DNA of 63,624 bases, filler included, from Sphacelaria rigidula (GCA_964200075.2; 8 parts of 8 records of this genome joined end to end with filler, not necessarily neighbours in it); one strand, 5' to 3'. Counted from the whole stretch's first letter, positions 10,891 to 25,057 are shown. Program-made: numbers and translations. The notes: generated by a model not told the origin, from the sequence alone.

Positions 10891-13800
10891 ATCCGATGTA
10901 CCGAAAACCTAAAACTTCAACTTCAATATTCAAGTTCGTACGCTCTTGTGAGTTTTAAGCCTTTTGGAACTCACAGTGGAAATTGATCATTTGCAGTTGA
11001 CGGTTTTTGAGCAAGATATGGTTGATGGTTCACAACTTAGACGCAACAATTTTGGCCAAACGCGTATTTTTCAGACCCGTACGAGTGACGAGTGGAACAA
11101 GAGAAGGTTTCCTATTTTCTTGCTGCGACCCGTCGGCGTTTTTTTCTACACTCATGAGCTCCTTTCCCGGTCACAGTGCGCGGCAGGCCTCTGTGAAGCG
11201 TGCTTCCCGCCTGACTTGCACGCCCTGCCCGCTGCAGTTTATACTCTTTGCAGTGTCATGGCAACAAGCGCAACGCCGATGGTACATTCGCTAAATGTAT
11301 GAACTGGCGGTGTAATACAATCCCAGGCAGTCACCTTTCCGTGCCGCCGGGAGGGCTGCGACACTGCCCTGTACAGTACTGGGTGTGTTTACAGCAGTTT
11401 GGGGTAATCTCGACTGCAGACTCACGTCATGCACAACATCGCGCTCATGCACGTTCCGACAGCACCATCCCGCCCTTCGAAAAATGGGTAAAGGCGACGC
11501 AGACGCCATGTGCCCTGCAGTTATGCACCGTCACTGTGGTGTAGAGTCTGCCAAGTGCCGTCGCCCCAGGGGTGATACCTTACTGTTTCGTGTCATGTCT
11601 GTATTGTATTTTGAAAATATCTCTGTAAAACGCGGGGCATGCACAGAACTGCGCTTTGCCAAGTACGTGCCGACAACATCATACTTCAAGCTGACTATTA
11701 CACAACGGCGTAGCGAAAGGCATAGTTGCCCCACCACATCTATACCGCGGGTTGATCGTTCCCGATCGTTGCACAGACATACTTCATGCTGCATGAGATT
11801 CATGACGCCGGCTACCTCTATCGTCTCGTGCCGTCTACGCTCGTGGCCGACTTTTCACGACATGCCCATATTTATCTTGCACGGAGTGTAGCCGCAAGTA
11901 AACACTGTAACCTACTGTGTTTACTAACTGTAGTGTTTTTCATCTGGCGTGATCACGGTAGGCGGTGTCCGTCGGCTCCCTCCCGTGTACGTGTATATCG
12001 CCTGTTCGGACGCCTGCGATTACACCCGCCATGTACCGCCCGCACAACCCGCTGTGCCTCCCACATGTGTTGACGGGACTTCGCTGGGTTCAGCCATACT
12101 GTACTGTATGTACGGTGTGGCTGGGCAAACTCGCCACCCGATGCTGCAGCCCGTCAAAGCGGTGCTTCGCAAATGTACAAATGCTAATATACACACGTGC
12201 CAGGTTGGACCCTGGAGCCCATTGCTATTTTTCGAATGGAATGTTTCACAGTGGTTTTGCTGATTGTTGTCGATGGATATAATTGGACACACTTCATCAG
12301 TTGCGTGGTATGATTGGACAAACCTTACCCAAATTCTCTAGGGAGGATATTCTTCTTCGGGCTTCCATTACAAAAATGGTTGCCGTCGGCCTATTCTGAT
12401 TCCATTTTTTCCTCTTNNNNNNNNNNGCATGCTGAAAACGCACTTCTTTGGACTAGTCATCGAGTTTTCGAGCGCCTCTTGTTGAGTATCTGAGAGAGAC
12501 TTCATACTGTTGTGCCAGCGACGATAGCCGGCAGCGAAACGATCCAATGCGATGACAGACGCCAGCGATCTTTGAAACGCAGCATCATTCAGCAGTCTGC
12601 TGAGATATACCAGCACAACAGAGTACAGCACCATTAGACTACAGAACAGTCGTTAGTTGGATAAAATGGATGCCTCACAATAAAGCTGCAGACACACACA
12701 ACGGGAGTAAGGGTTAGTCCCACGATTGGGGTTGTTTCGCCAGTACTGCCCATGCGAAGCGCTTCATCCAGTCTGAACCAGCTGTCACGCTTTGTATGGC
12801 CACTTCCGCCGTGGCTGTGTTGAGAACCGGTTTCGCGGTGAGGCTGTCGAACAATACTACTACTGTAGTGCAACGCGCTTGCGAAGTCCGAGCCGTTTCG
12901 TATTAATTTGAAACCCGCATCAGCTGTAGTTTGAATATCCCTCCTGACGGTCCCAAACTGGGTCTGATCCAGGGACGGAAAGCGCTGGCACCCTCCCCCT
13001 CAGGATTTGTGACAACCTCAGGGTTAGGATTAGACCCCAGGGGAAGTCCCGAAAACAACGGATGGTTTTCTTGGAAAGCAGTCGATAATTGCCACTGGTA
13101 GAAAGAGTTCAAGCAAAGAAATTTAGATTTTGAGCAGGGAAAGATGTATACTACGATACCCCTGAATATTATTCTACATGTTTCATACCGAGCGATGTTT
13201 CCCAAACACCACAGTTATCACGAATTTCACGTCGTTCCGGACAGATTTCTCCATGAAAACTCGAAAGATATGAAAAATTATTCAACGACGCTACTTATCT
13301 TCGATTATCGTGTGAGATATGCCCTCGTTTTGAAACTGGGCTAGAATTGTTCGAGGAAACGATAGTAGCCGCCGAACACGCCTCCATACGACCGCGGCGG
13401 TTACGAACATGGAAGCTGGAGGCTGAAAGTGAAAATAATGTGGAATGAACGAGTAGCAGTTGGGCCAGCCATTTTTTCTTCATTGACTTGTTGTTGTCGT
13501 CTTCACATTAAAAACTGTTCCGATATCTGGGCAAGAGGAAACCTCACTCTCACCCGATATTTACCCCGTCACGCAACCATGGTGCACCAGCTTCACAACA
13601 TGGCGACGAGGAGGAAAGCGCCGGCGGCAGTCACAACACGAATTTTCCGACGAGTTATTGCCAGGTACTCCGGCGCTACGTCCTGTGCTCGCGATGTCGT
13701 GTCTGACGGCTGCGCCAGAGTTCCTGTGCATGATACTACGTATTATGTGCCATGTCATCATTTTCACTACATATGGCGCACACATCTGACCAAGTGCAAC

Positions 13801-16012
13801 GCCGCTTCCGAAAAGTTACGCCTGTCGGCTGGCGTACAAAACTTGTCACGTACAAGAACCAGTTGAAAAAAATCACGTCAAGACTTTTTTATCCGGCACA
13901 AGAACAAAAAAAATCACTCACCTGCCTTCATGTGTACCCGGGTTATGACTGATTAATGTCACCATATCTGCACGCTGGCCACCACAAGCTTCTGCTGCGA
14001 GTGGTTGAATTTCGAGTAGTGAACTCGCTGCAAGGCTCTTTCTTACAGAGATGTCGAGAAGACCAACTCCGAGCGTAACCCAATCCTGTCTTCTCCAAGT
14101 ACTGCATATCTCGAACTCCGTAAGAAGTTACGCGAGCCCTGGCTCAAGCCATGTTCACTCAAGAGTGAGTTCTTTTCTTGCACACTTCCGGAATGAATCA
14201 TGCAGGGTCCTCAATGTGAAGGGAGCAGTCCGCTAAGGTGGTCAAGGGAGAAGACTGAGCACATGATGATCGAGAATGCCACAGATGTCATCATGAGTGA
14301 AGGTTGGAAGAGACTTCATATTTTTGTGTGTACAATACAAAACGAAGGGTAACAGACGCCTAGCGAGCACGAACGCCCAGCTCAAGAGCGGAAAACAAGA
14401 CAAGACATGATACAAGTGACGAAAAACAAAACTCTCAAATCAAGCACCCAGGCGGAAGGATACGGACATGAAAAACGCGAAAAACGCCTCATTCATTCGA
14501 CCTTCCGCAGGATGCGGCGCTGGCGCCCTATCCGGACAAGCAAATAATGTCCATAAACTCCATCGTCACCACGCCACCCAAGAATTCACGTATAATAACA
14601 ATCAACACAAAACACTCAGTTAGCAGATTGTACCCAAGAGGTAAAACACAACACACACATGGCAGGATAGAGCAAGTCGTCTCCAAAACCACACACACTC
14701 GACAGCCTACACCCACCATGACACACGTGACCGGTGATGCTACATCCGGCGAACTAACCGAGAATACATATCCTATTTCTCCAAAATCGCAACCACTAAT
14801 CACTATACTAGCAAGGTCAGCTCAACAACAAAACATAACAGCATAACGGCCATGTGTGAAAGCAACCGCTTCTGTGCTCGGTGAGACGACAGGAGCGGGG
14901 GGTTGTACACGCCATAATAGCGACAGGATTGGCCGCCTCTTGACACAGTCACGTACAGGACACAAATACAGTAGATTATTGTGAGATACAGCACTGGACA
15001 CAACATCGCGCGTGGGACAACCGAGAAGGCGCCTTCCGGTGTGGGATGGGGCCTCTTTTCGAAATACCCTCCTGCTTTGCATCACCCAAGGGCTCGACAC
15101 CACGGCCCAAGTCGGAACTCGAACATGAACGTCCTGTAAGTTTTGATCCACACTTGTCTAACATACTCGTCTGATCCAACTCATTCTCATCACGACTTTA
15201 CGCCGTTTCTCGTGGCCTTCTTCAAGAGAAATAAAGAGATACTCCTCCAACGCTGGGGGCGCTATCTGTCACCCGCCGAAACGTCGGAGGTTATCGAATT
15301 CAACAGGCCAGGAGCAAGGGTGTGGCAACCTCAAGTAAACGAAAACCCGGCACCAGTACACAAGAGTCATCAGACCAACGAATCGTCGGCTTACACCACC
15401 TCTGTTCCTCTCTGTGTTATTCGGATGTGACGTTGCTGCTTGCTTTGGTTGAACTTCAGGGCATCGCAATGACATCCCCGGTCGTCGTGGTTTTGCGACA
15501 AAACATGCGATTAATCGTTTCTGTTGCGGACCATGTATACGCACGTATGAACAACATGGTTACACCAGCAGCCATTTTTTTCCCCTCAACCCCGGCACGT
15601 GTGGTGGAGCCCATCACATAACAATTATTGCGCAGAACCCGACACTAACGAGCCCAAATATAATACGGAAATGCAGAACCTTCGCGAGCGGTCGTACAAA
15701 AACGCCGTAAAAGCCACACAACGACCGGATCAGTATTCCAAATTCATACAGAGGCCGTACACTTCGTGGGGGGGGGGGGGGGGGGGGAGACAGCTGTTGG
15801 TGGGAGAAACCAAACACGTGTTCCTTCTCCTCNNNNNNNNNNNNNNNNNNNNNNNNNNNNNNNNNNNNNNNNNNNNTTAATTAATTAANNNNNNNNNNNN
15901 NNNNNNNNNNNNNNNNNNNNNNNNNNNNNNNNGGGAACGGAAGGCTAGAAATCCCTCGAAATAGTTTTAGGGAGGTCGGGAGGGATACGTTTGTTCATAT
16001 GAAAGTCATTTG

Positions 16013-19000
16013 TCATGAATTTAGGTCAGGGAAAGCACGGCTTTTGAGCTGAACCTCATTTGTTTTCAAACCCCCTTTTCGAGACTTCGCTGTTACTTGC
16101 TCGTCAACCACGCCTCGAACCTCGCCATGCAACGAATCAGCATCCATGACATCGACGTCCCACTCGCCGCCAGTTAGAGATACTAGGGCGGAAAACGCTG
16201 TACGCGGCGCACGCCCAAACATCACACAATACGGAGTGTTACGGTAGCGTTCAGAAGGAGTATTCAACGCCCACTCAGCGGCTGGAGAAACATCAACCCA
16301 TTCAGACACCGGCCGTCTTTGTTCCGACAAAAGGGACCGCACTGCACGAACAACCTCTTTAACCATGCGTTCACAAGCACCATTCGACCAAGGGGTATAC
16401 GCTACAGCAAATTAGTGTTGTATCTTGAGCGCGTCGCTCAGCTGCGCGGTTACTTGATTCTTGAAGTGCGTGGCGGTATCACTAACCCACACACGCAAAC
16501 GCCCAAAGTCTTGCACCAATGCAGCAAGTGTTTAGCCGCGACCTCGACGCTGCAAGCCTCGGTCAGCTCCAACCAAACAAAATAGGACAAACCATCCATA
16601 ATAAGCAAGAGTACCGAAAACCATCCTCATCAGGCAGACCACTAGCACCTTCAGGTCCGCTACTTCCGATGTACAGAAAATCAAAGTGAACAACTCCACC
16701 TGGCGCAGTACCATGCACAGTGTCGCCATACGGACGAGGTACAATCGCACCAGCACGAGTATCTCCACAATGCAAGCGCTGACGAACAAACCCGCGAACG
16801 TGGGAATCCATGTGAGGCCACACACAGTATTCTTTCAAACGAAACAGAGTCGGCGCCACACCACGGTGACCAGCCGACCGCATGTAAGTGCATACTATCT
16901 AGCGAGTTTGTAGAGCCTTATCATCCGACGGAACCACAAAACATCACTGCTGCCAACACGCACGCGAAACCAACCATTGTAAGCCAAGGGAGCTTGACCG
17001 AAAGTTGTAGGAAAAAAATAAGCACCGTCGCCGACTGTTTTGCGCTGCGCGGTACGAATGAAATCTAACGAGGGCAGTGAATCATCGGCATCACACGGGC
17101 TGTAAAGGGCAACAGAACGAAGAGGCATGGTGGTAGGAACCTTCACCCAGCGAGACAACAAATATCTCCAACAATTGCGCCCTCCAGGAATGTGTTCAAT
17201 AGTATACCGATATTGACCGAGCACTCCTTTCCATTTTTCAAGCCGTTGCGCCATGGTCTTCGTCACCGATATGACACACTCTTCGGGGTTAAAAATGCAT
17301 CTCAAATTGCGATGATCGGTGAACATGCGAACATCACCCCATACCAAGTACTCTAGCCTCCAAAATGCATTGACTGTCGCGGAACCTTCTTTGTCCACTG
17401 TCGCCCACCGCAACTGCGAAAACTTGAAGCTGCCACTCAGAAACGCCAACGATTCGTGTGACACGTTTTCAAGCGCAACGCCACTACCAAACTCGGCGAC
17501 AGGCACTTGCGTTAAAAACTACCCCAGTGGAAACCCGAAGCATCTGGAAACATCAGAACAGCGCACCCTGGACGAGGATGATACAGCGGCACCGCTTGTG
17601 CCACCAAATCTTGCGCAGCATGCCATGCCCGCACACGATCCTCCGTTCAAGCATCCTCCGGGATGATACGGTTACGCGCCACCCGCTTGCGAAGCCCCTA
17701 CCATAACGCGAAGCCCCTACCATTAGTTGTTCCAGAAACACACGAAACGGCGCAACTACTTCCGCCATGCGCGGGAGCGAAACCCGCAACTGATTCACCG
17801 CCTGCAGAAAGTGCATCAGCTCACTAGCGGTTTGAGGACGTCGCATTCTACTCAAACCTCGGATGCGGACAGGGTCATGCGAGACAGTACCCTTGGAGTA
17901 CACCTTACTACACCAAACCACTTCGCGGGCGAAAAAGGTGCACTTATGCGCAGCGACGAATAGACCAACATTCTCCAGGCGGCCAAGAATTTCGTCAAGC
18001 AAAGCTAGCAATGCTTCTTCGGTTTCGGCGAAATAGAAACATCATCCACCCACACTTTACAGTTTAGACCTCGCGAAATGTTAGCACACCATGGAAATAC
18101 GCCGTGGCATTTAACACGCTCTGCGGGACACGAGTAGCCGCAGAAAAAACGTCAGGCGTGACAATCGTGAATATCTCCTGAGTCTCCGGCGCCAGAGGCA
18201 TCTGCCAATACCTCTAGGACAGGTCCAACTTGCCGAAGCAATGGGCTCTCAGCAACTCCCGCATGTCCTCTTGGCTTGGCATCACCCCCGGAGACTGTTC
18301 CATCTGCGCCTTCACCGCCTGGTATTCGCTGACCGGAATGTATCTTCTTTCGGCACCGTCATCGCCGGACTCGCCCACACAGCCTGAATGTTCCTGACCA
18401 ATAAACCAAACGCCACCATAGCTGCGATGCATGAAGCACGCCACCCGGTCTACACCGAATCGTAACGACGCGGCTTGGCCTTCATAGCCTACGCCTGTGG
18501 CTTGAGCTGCGCCCTCATTGCCTGCATGCGCGCTGGCAGATCACCACGCAGCGCACGACGAAATGTGCACGCGACGAGCCAAAATACCACGCAGACGATA
18601 TGCGCCATCGGCGCTCAGGCCCTTCTGCTCAGCCTGCTGCACGCTATCCTCAAGCGCACGTTCTCTGGCACCTCTTTCCTCCGCAGGGTTCATAAGCATG
18701 TCGGGTCCCCAGTCCACCAAGTGCTCCACCGTTTTATTCGCAGGCGCCTCCTCCTCATTGGCTTTCTGGAACAACCGTTTGGGTACTGTCACACGCCTCG
18801 CAGCTGAATAGCTGGGATTTTTCACGCCGGCTTGCACCGGCACAGCACGCGGGCGTACCTCATCTAACGCCAGCAGATACAAATCGATCCCGAGCTCCTT
18901 CAGTGTCGCCATCCCAAACAGAACCATGTTGTCTCTGCCGAGCATGACAGCTGAACTAATGGGCTTCAACTCCACAGCCATCCACGGCGTACGCACGCTA

Positions 19001-19080
19001 ACAGCAATCGGCACCGTTTAATTAGTAACCAACCGTCACGGGGGGACCCGACGGTCTGCGCCGTTTGCGGTCCATTTTCG
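16013..19080 (-). mobile_element. Ty3/Gypsy LTR retrotransposon pol (protease region-RT-RNaseH-integrase), pseudogenised
   Basis: Gypsy domain order with motifs TLKELGID (protease C-term), GYWQMPLAPETQEIFTIVTP and VWVDDV (RT), LFVAAHKCTFF, WATVDKEG...FTDHRNL (RNase H), GHRGVAPT...LHC and HFDFLYIG (integrase), TPYCVMFGRAPRT. Multiple frameshifts. Confidence 0.93.
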
Positions 19081-20099
19081 AATGGAATCTGCAGCTGTGT
19101 CACAGATTTATTGGTCATGTTCCAGTCGACTGGGTTCCATTTGTCATACTTTGTCATGCTTGGTACCTGATGGGTCATACTACATCGTTTGATTGGATTG
19201 ACTTGGCCGCCCCCCTTGGGTCACAGCGTTTTGGACTGTGCATCTTAACTAGCAAAGCACAAGTTAGCCTGTACGCCAATAATACAAGAGCATCTACGCC
19301 ATCATGGACTGCTATCTCAGAGGATTCTCTGGTCTTCACAAATGTAAGCCTGACCTTCATGCAACATATGTTGTGCTGCAGCCTGCGCGGCTCATGGCAT
19401 GACACCTGACCACTGATGCGGTGGCTAACTTTACACTTCGTAATGTCGAACTCAATGGCTTCGATACTAATGATTGTGTTTGGGCCCTCTGGCCCCGGTG
19501 CCCACTGGCCTGGCATCTTCCTACCCAGGTGGTAAGTATCGTACGATGACATGGTGTCCAACCCTTGCTTGTGTAGAGTCATCACTGGCATGCTCCAACC
19601 ACAAACCTTCGGAGGGGAGGGTTCGCTGGCGTGTGGGTCGGATCAGGTGAAATCTTACTTCTTCTATATAGAGTAAATAGTGTGCCTGTTCACAAATTAT
19701 GCTATGAGAGCATGTACAGTGTACTATGAAGGTATGCTGCTTCGGCGCTCCGCACTCTTTTATTCTGTCTACCTACCATACGCACGTTGAGCATAAATAG
19801 TTGAGCGTGGGCTATGTATTGTGTTTTGCCCCGTGGGTGTCCTGTGCTCCGTACCCGCCGCATTGCACTTCGTTACATGCAACCCACGCAGTGCGCCACC
19901 AACGGCTTCATGCACGAGCTCATCCGGGATGGTTCATCAGCACACCACTCCAGACATCCAAAGCAAAAGTGGAATAACCTAGCAAAAACAATTGATAAAA
20001 GGCATAAAGTTTGAACGAGATTGCACGAGTCAACGGACCAGAGGGCCTACAATTGCATCGGGGCGTTTCGGGACATCAGGCTCTAGACAGCTGCGGAAG

Positions 20100-20510
20100 C
20101 TGTGCAGCCGCGTCGTTGTTGTCTGTTGTTGTGGTTTTCGCTGTTGTTGTGTGCTGCTGTCCGTCGCTGCCGTGCCGCCGCTGTGTGTTGCTGCTGCTTG
20201 CCGCACGGCTGTGCTGTTGTTGTGTGCTGCTGTCCGTCGCTGCCGTGCCGCCGCTGTGTGTTGCTGCTGCTCGCCGCACGACTGTGCTGTTTTTCTGTGC
20301 TGTTGTTCGTCGTTGCCGTGCAGCTGCTGTGTGTCGTTGGTTGTTGCTGCTTTGTGTTGTTGATGCTGTTGCTGCTGCTGCTGCTGCTGCTGTTGTTGTT
20401 GTTGTATGTTGTCTGTTGTCGTTGTTGTCTATTACTACTGTTGCCGTTGTCGTTGCTGTTGCTGTTGTTGTTGTTGCGGTATGTTGTATGTTGCTGCTGC
20501 TGCTGCTGTT
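20100..20510. repeat. Low-complexity (GTT/GCT)n region with an internal ~75-bp duplication
   Basis: Seen directly. It explains the spurious V/L/C-rich ORFs here. Confidence 0.9.
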
Positions 20511-21046
20511 TCCACCGTGCTTTTTGCTACCCTGGTTGGCTGTTATTGTCCCGCTTGTTGTGATTTTGCCTCTACCGCCTACTGTCGGCTGTACTTTTCT
20601 CGTTCACTATCACATCGCATGTTGTCATGTGCACGTGAATTTTCCGCCCTCATGTTCTTTATAACCTTGCTTCGATCTGATCGCACAGTTTTTGTTTTGT
20701 CATTGTTGCGTGCATTGTATCACCTTCGCCTGATCTACACCTGGTCAGCCATAATATCATCGCTGTACCTAACCAGCAATGATCGTGTTGTAGACATTCT
20801 CTACATTATCCCGGTAGTTTTATTGCAAAACAACCCACCATGATCAGTATGTACTTTGTTTCCGGGGTTGCATTCTTATTGTGGCCATGCGGATTTGTGG
20901 AATGCACATGCAGGAAAGCTTCCATTTTATGTCGATCTTGTTTGCTTTTCTTTGATCTTACATACTCATCGTGTCTGCATCTCCGGGTGTCGCGTTTACC
21001 ATAACCGTCTTTTGAGCCCCTCGATTGTATTTTGAGTGCTTTATAA

Positions 21047-21297
21047 TTTTGCGCCGCCGTCGTCTTGCTCTTTCGAGCTGCACTATTTTTCATTTCATGT
21101 TCCGGAAATTTTGTATTTCATTTTGATTGCCTTGTCATTTGCGCCGCCGTCGTCTTGCTCTTTCGAGCTGCACTATTTTTCATTTCATGTTCCGGAAATT
21201 TTGTATTTCATTTTGATTGCCTTGTCATTTGCGCCGCCGTCGTCTTGCTCTTTCGAGCTGCACTATTTTTCATTTCATGTTCTAGAAATTTTGTATT
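21047..21297. repeat. 90-bp tandem repeat, about 2.8 near-identical copies
   Basis: TTTGCGCCGCCGTCGTCTTGCTCTTTCGAGCTGCACTATTTTTCATTTCATGTTC recurs at 90-bp spacing. Confidence 0.93.
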
Positions 21298-22229
21298 GTG
21301 TTTGGCGCTGACGATGTTTTTCTTTGACCGTGCGCGTGTAGGGTATCTGCAGGGCCTTGTCTGTTGCGCCGCCTGTACTCATCATGCTTGAGCAGGATTC
21401 CGGTGGTAATCCTTTCATCTATCTGGTTCGCAAGGCCGAAACGCCGAATGTAACGCTCGCCACGCGACATTTCGATCTGCGTCATGTGGTATAAAACCGA
21501 GCCATATTTTCATGTACCCCAAGACTTCCAACGTATACAAACCACGCCCTCTATTACTTCCGCCCTTGTTTCACCCACACTCTTGTCCTGGGTGTGTCGC
21601 ATCCCGATGAGGGAACCGGCGCTAAACTTCATTGCGTTGGGGAGGACATGCAGGAAACACTGAACGGTTTGCCAATGACGGTATGTTCCCGCATGGAGTG
21701 TCTGCAATTTGGTTTGGTTTAGCTAATCCCGGGTACCATTTCATAGCATTTTGGTAGCAGGGTCATTACCCTGGTGCCACTAAATATGATCCCCATTTTT
21801 ATCCCACTCTGATGATCGATTGTAAAAGTTTTCTATTCAATAGGTTGACTTCTTGACGCACCCTGTACCGTAGTTGACTACTACCTTGACCCTTGCTGAT
21901 ACCGTAGTTGGATACTACTTTGTTCGGGTGCTTTAAACTTGGCTTTCGATACCATGCAAGGTGACTGCCAAATATTTTCGTGCAATGCCTTGTCATTACT
22001 TATGCAGTACGCAGACTTAGTCGCCCTGCTTTATCTTTTTGCCCTTCATGTCTAGCGTACCATGCAAGGTGACTGCGCGACTACATACCGTGTCTTTGAT
22101 ATGTCCTACAGACCCTACATATGGTTTTCAGACACTCATTCCGCCGAGGTGGTCGCTGAACCCCCTCGGGGGGGGCGAAGCACGAGTCCCATATTCTTTG
22201 CTGGTTGTTGTCTCGCGTGCACACCCTTT

Positions 22230-23110
22230 GCCACAAAACAACGCGGCTTCCTACCATGAGAACGCCGCATGATCAGAAACAAAATGCACAAGCTTCTTGA
22301 CCGAGGTGTTGCTCCCCCAACTTTCCCCGACAAAGTTTGTGGACTACACGATTTTATGTTCAGTAAAACTCGCCAAGTTCGACAAATATATATTTACTGC
22401 AGGGTCTCACAGGTTGCTTAGCCTGCTAATCGATAATACCGGCATACAACCAGCACCCTCCAAATGCAACGCAATTGCTCAGACGTCATATCCATATAAT
22501 AAAACAACTACGTTCGTTTTTAAAGCCACCAGGTACCTTGGACAGTTTGTCCAGGAGCGTCGCATTCTAGTCGCCCTGCTGACCGATATTCTAAATAAGT
22601 AGGAAAGCCAACAGTATTGCTGCACGATGTAGGTGAACGCGCGCTCTCCTTTTGCTGTCAAACTCTCGTGCCGTACAACTACAGCAAGACTTCACCACCA
22701 CAATCCGGTCGTATCATGGTGGCTCAGCTAGGATATACGAACTAGACCCTTGCCGAATGAGCATCAATGTACAACTCATGCGTGTGAGGGCATGTTTCTT
22801 GTCATTTCTGTGCTTTGTCTCGGTATATTTAGTACAACGTACCTCATTATTATATTTTTACTCATCATGCCTTGTCTATTTTATTTTCGCCATGATTATG
22901 TCTAGAGTTTCACAGGATCCGAAAACCTAGGGAGACGGCTGCTGAAAAGGTTACAGAATTGTACAAATCTTGGCACCAGAGAGAGTACGTTTCACGCACA
23001 CTCTTGCGCACTCGTACCCTACCCGACGACCTGACACCATGCTACCATCTGACACATTCCCCTTCGAGCTCTGGACTGGCCGTAAACATTACACACGTAC
23101 CACCGCTGTC
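22230..23110 (+). mobile_element. Highly degenerate Gypsy pol remnant (RT thumb and integrase pieces)
   Basis: GIQPAPSKCNAIAQ...ATRYLGQFV...LVALLTDILNK (RT thumb) and PDTMLPSDTFPFELWTGRK (integrase TPFELLFGR-like). Confidence 0.65.
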
Positions 23111-23364
23111 TTAATAGCAAGAAGTTCCTTCCATATCCGCCCACCCCATCCGAAACACCTCATTCTCGAAGTGTTTGCGTCACACCTTGAGCGGGACCAA
23201 ACTGGAACGCCACACCCATATTCCACCTGAACCCTTAATTTGTGTCGTGTTGGACTGCATTGCCTGTATCTGTCACCATGTTGGATTGTCGAGAACTCTA
23301 CGTTGTTGCAGGCACTGACGGGTGGGGAAAAGGGAAATACCTAAAAAAGGGAGGGGGGCGTACC

Positions 23365-23798
23365 TATTTGTTTCGAGCATCCAAGTAATTCCCCTAGCTG
23401 CTGTAATCTGCACTGTTCCCCAACTCCTTCACCAACTTCATTTCATCCAAGTAGTTTCTGAGCTGTTGCACTCTGTACTGTTTTCATCTGCACTATTTTT
23501 ATTGCATCCAAGTATTATTTTCTTCGCTGCCATTTGCACCGTTTCCGCATCAAAGTGTTCTCTTAGCTGCGGCCAGATGCACTGTTTCCAGTTGTTTCAT
23601 CATTTTCATCCCTTGCCTTGCCATGTCTCATGCTTGTATCAGGTCATCAAAGAAATACCGCCGTTAAAGAGGGTGATAACGTACATCCTGGTGCGACTCC
23701 TTCAAAAATATCAAAATATTTCGATATTTCCCTGTCTAGCACCGTCGCACTTTTGGCACATTTCTTTCGTCTTAATCGTCCACACCTTTTCTTTGATC
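23365..23798 (-). mobile_element. LINE RT fragments related to 900-1640
   Basis: Minus strand LDREISKYFDIFEGVAPGCTLSPSL (GVxQGxxLSP motif), plus repeated copies of the LETVQxxAAxxxxGC segment. Confidence 0.75.
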
Positions 23799-25057
23799 NN
23801 NNNNNNNNNNNNNNNNNNNNNNNNNNNNNNNNNNNNNNNNNNTTAATTAATTAANNNNNNNNNNNNNNNNNNNNNNNNNNNNNNNNNNNNNNNNNNNNCA
23901 GGCGCTGTATGGCCATTTTTTTCGTGCCACTTTTAGCTGGTTTTGGGTGGGGGCTATCGTAGAAAGTGTCGATACAGCATACTGGCTCCTGACGAAGCAA
24001 ACCAAAACAAATACTGGCTGACTGCGCCAGTACCCAGCCTTGCAATAGACCGTAGAGTGGAGGAATGGATGCCAGGTTGACTTGAAAATATGAGTTAGGT
24101 GACGGTATTGGACAACTGATGGTCTCTTGGACAACTGATGGTCTTCACTTTCTGTTCACCAGTACTTTTACTCGATATCTCTCCACGTAAATAATACGCC
24201 AAAGCGCTCTTCGCATCTAGCGGTCATGGTCCAACTGGCATCACTACTATATCGTCATGCTCCAACCATTTCCGGGGTCTAATGACACCACGAATAAACG
24301 CACAGAGACGCGAAAGGTTGCACACATCATAGCAGCACGAGAAGCAGCTCAAATGCCAGCAGATATGGCAACGAATATGATAGACGACTTCATACGGTGC
24401 CGCAGGCAGTGAGAGATGGAGCCAAGCTTCCTTCAAAAACCTGGACAATATCAGTCCAGAAAACATGCTTCTGAAATATTTAGTGCAGCGACCAGCAGGA
24501 GTAGCCCACGCACGAGATTCCAGTTTTCACGTGCGACTCGTGACATCTTCAGGGGTCCAAACACTGTCCGGATCTTCTGGCGGACTTGACAAAAACCACA
24601 CCCTGGACAATATATTACATCGTCACAACGTTCACTGGGTACAGTATATACTTTTGCGCCTACTGCAAAAGACAATGGATTCCATAATGTGCATAGTACA
24701 TTTTTTTGACCATTGAATACATTGTCATTATCCAGCGTGTGCCAAAAACAGAAACGACGTCAACAAAGGCGGGGGCCAAAAGCGATCGGATTGTATCGCT
24801 CACTGTACCACACAGGAACCCAAAACGAGGGCAAGGACACACAGCTCAATCAATTCCCGCTCGCGAGAACAGCGAAATCCAGCATGAGAAAGGGGTGAGG
24901 GCAAGCGGTCGGGAATATACAAGATATGGAGCCTCAACGACTGGTGGGAGGCATTGAGGGCGCACCCGTAAAGATCTGATCGTGAACTGCACGCAGTGGG
25001 GCATGTCACACGTGTGTACATATTTCACGTTGCTATTTAGCTGGCCAGCTCGCTCAC

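Noticed and set aside
20011..20843. Hydrophobic or Cys-rich ORFs resembling membrane proteins
   Set aside because: They are translations of (GTT/GCT)n simple repeats in all three frames.
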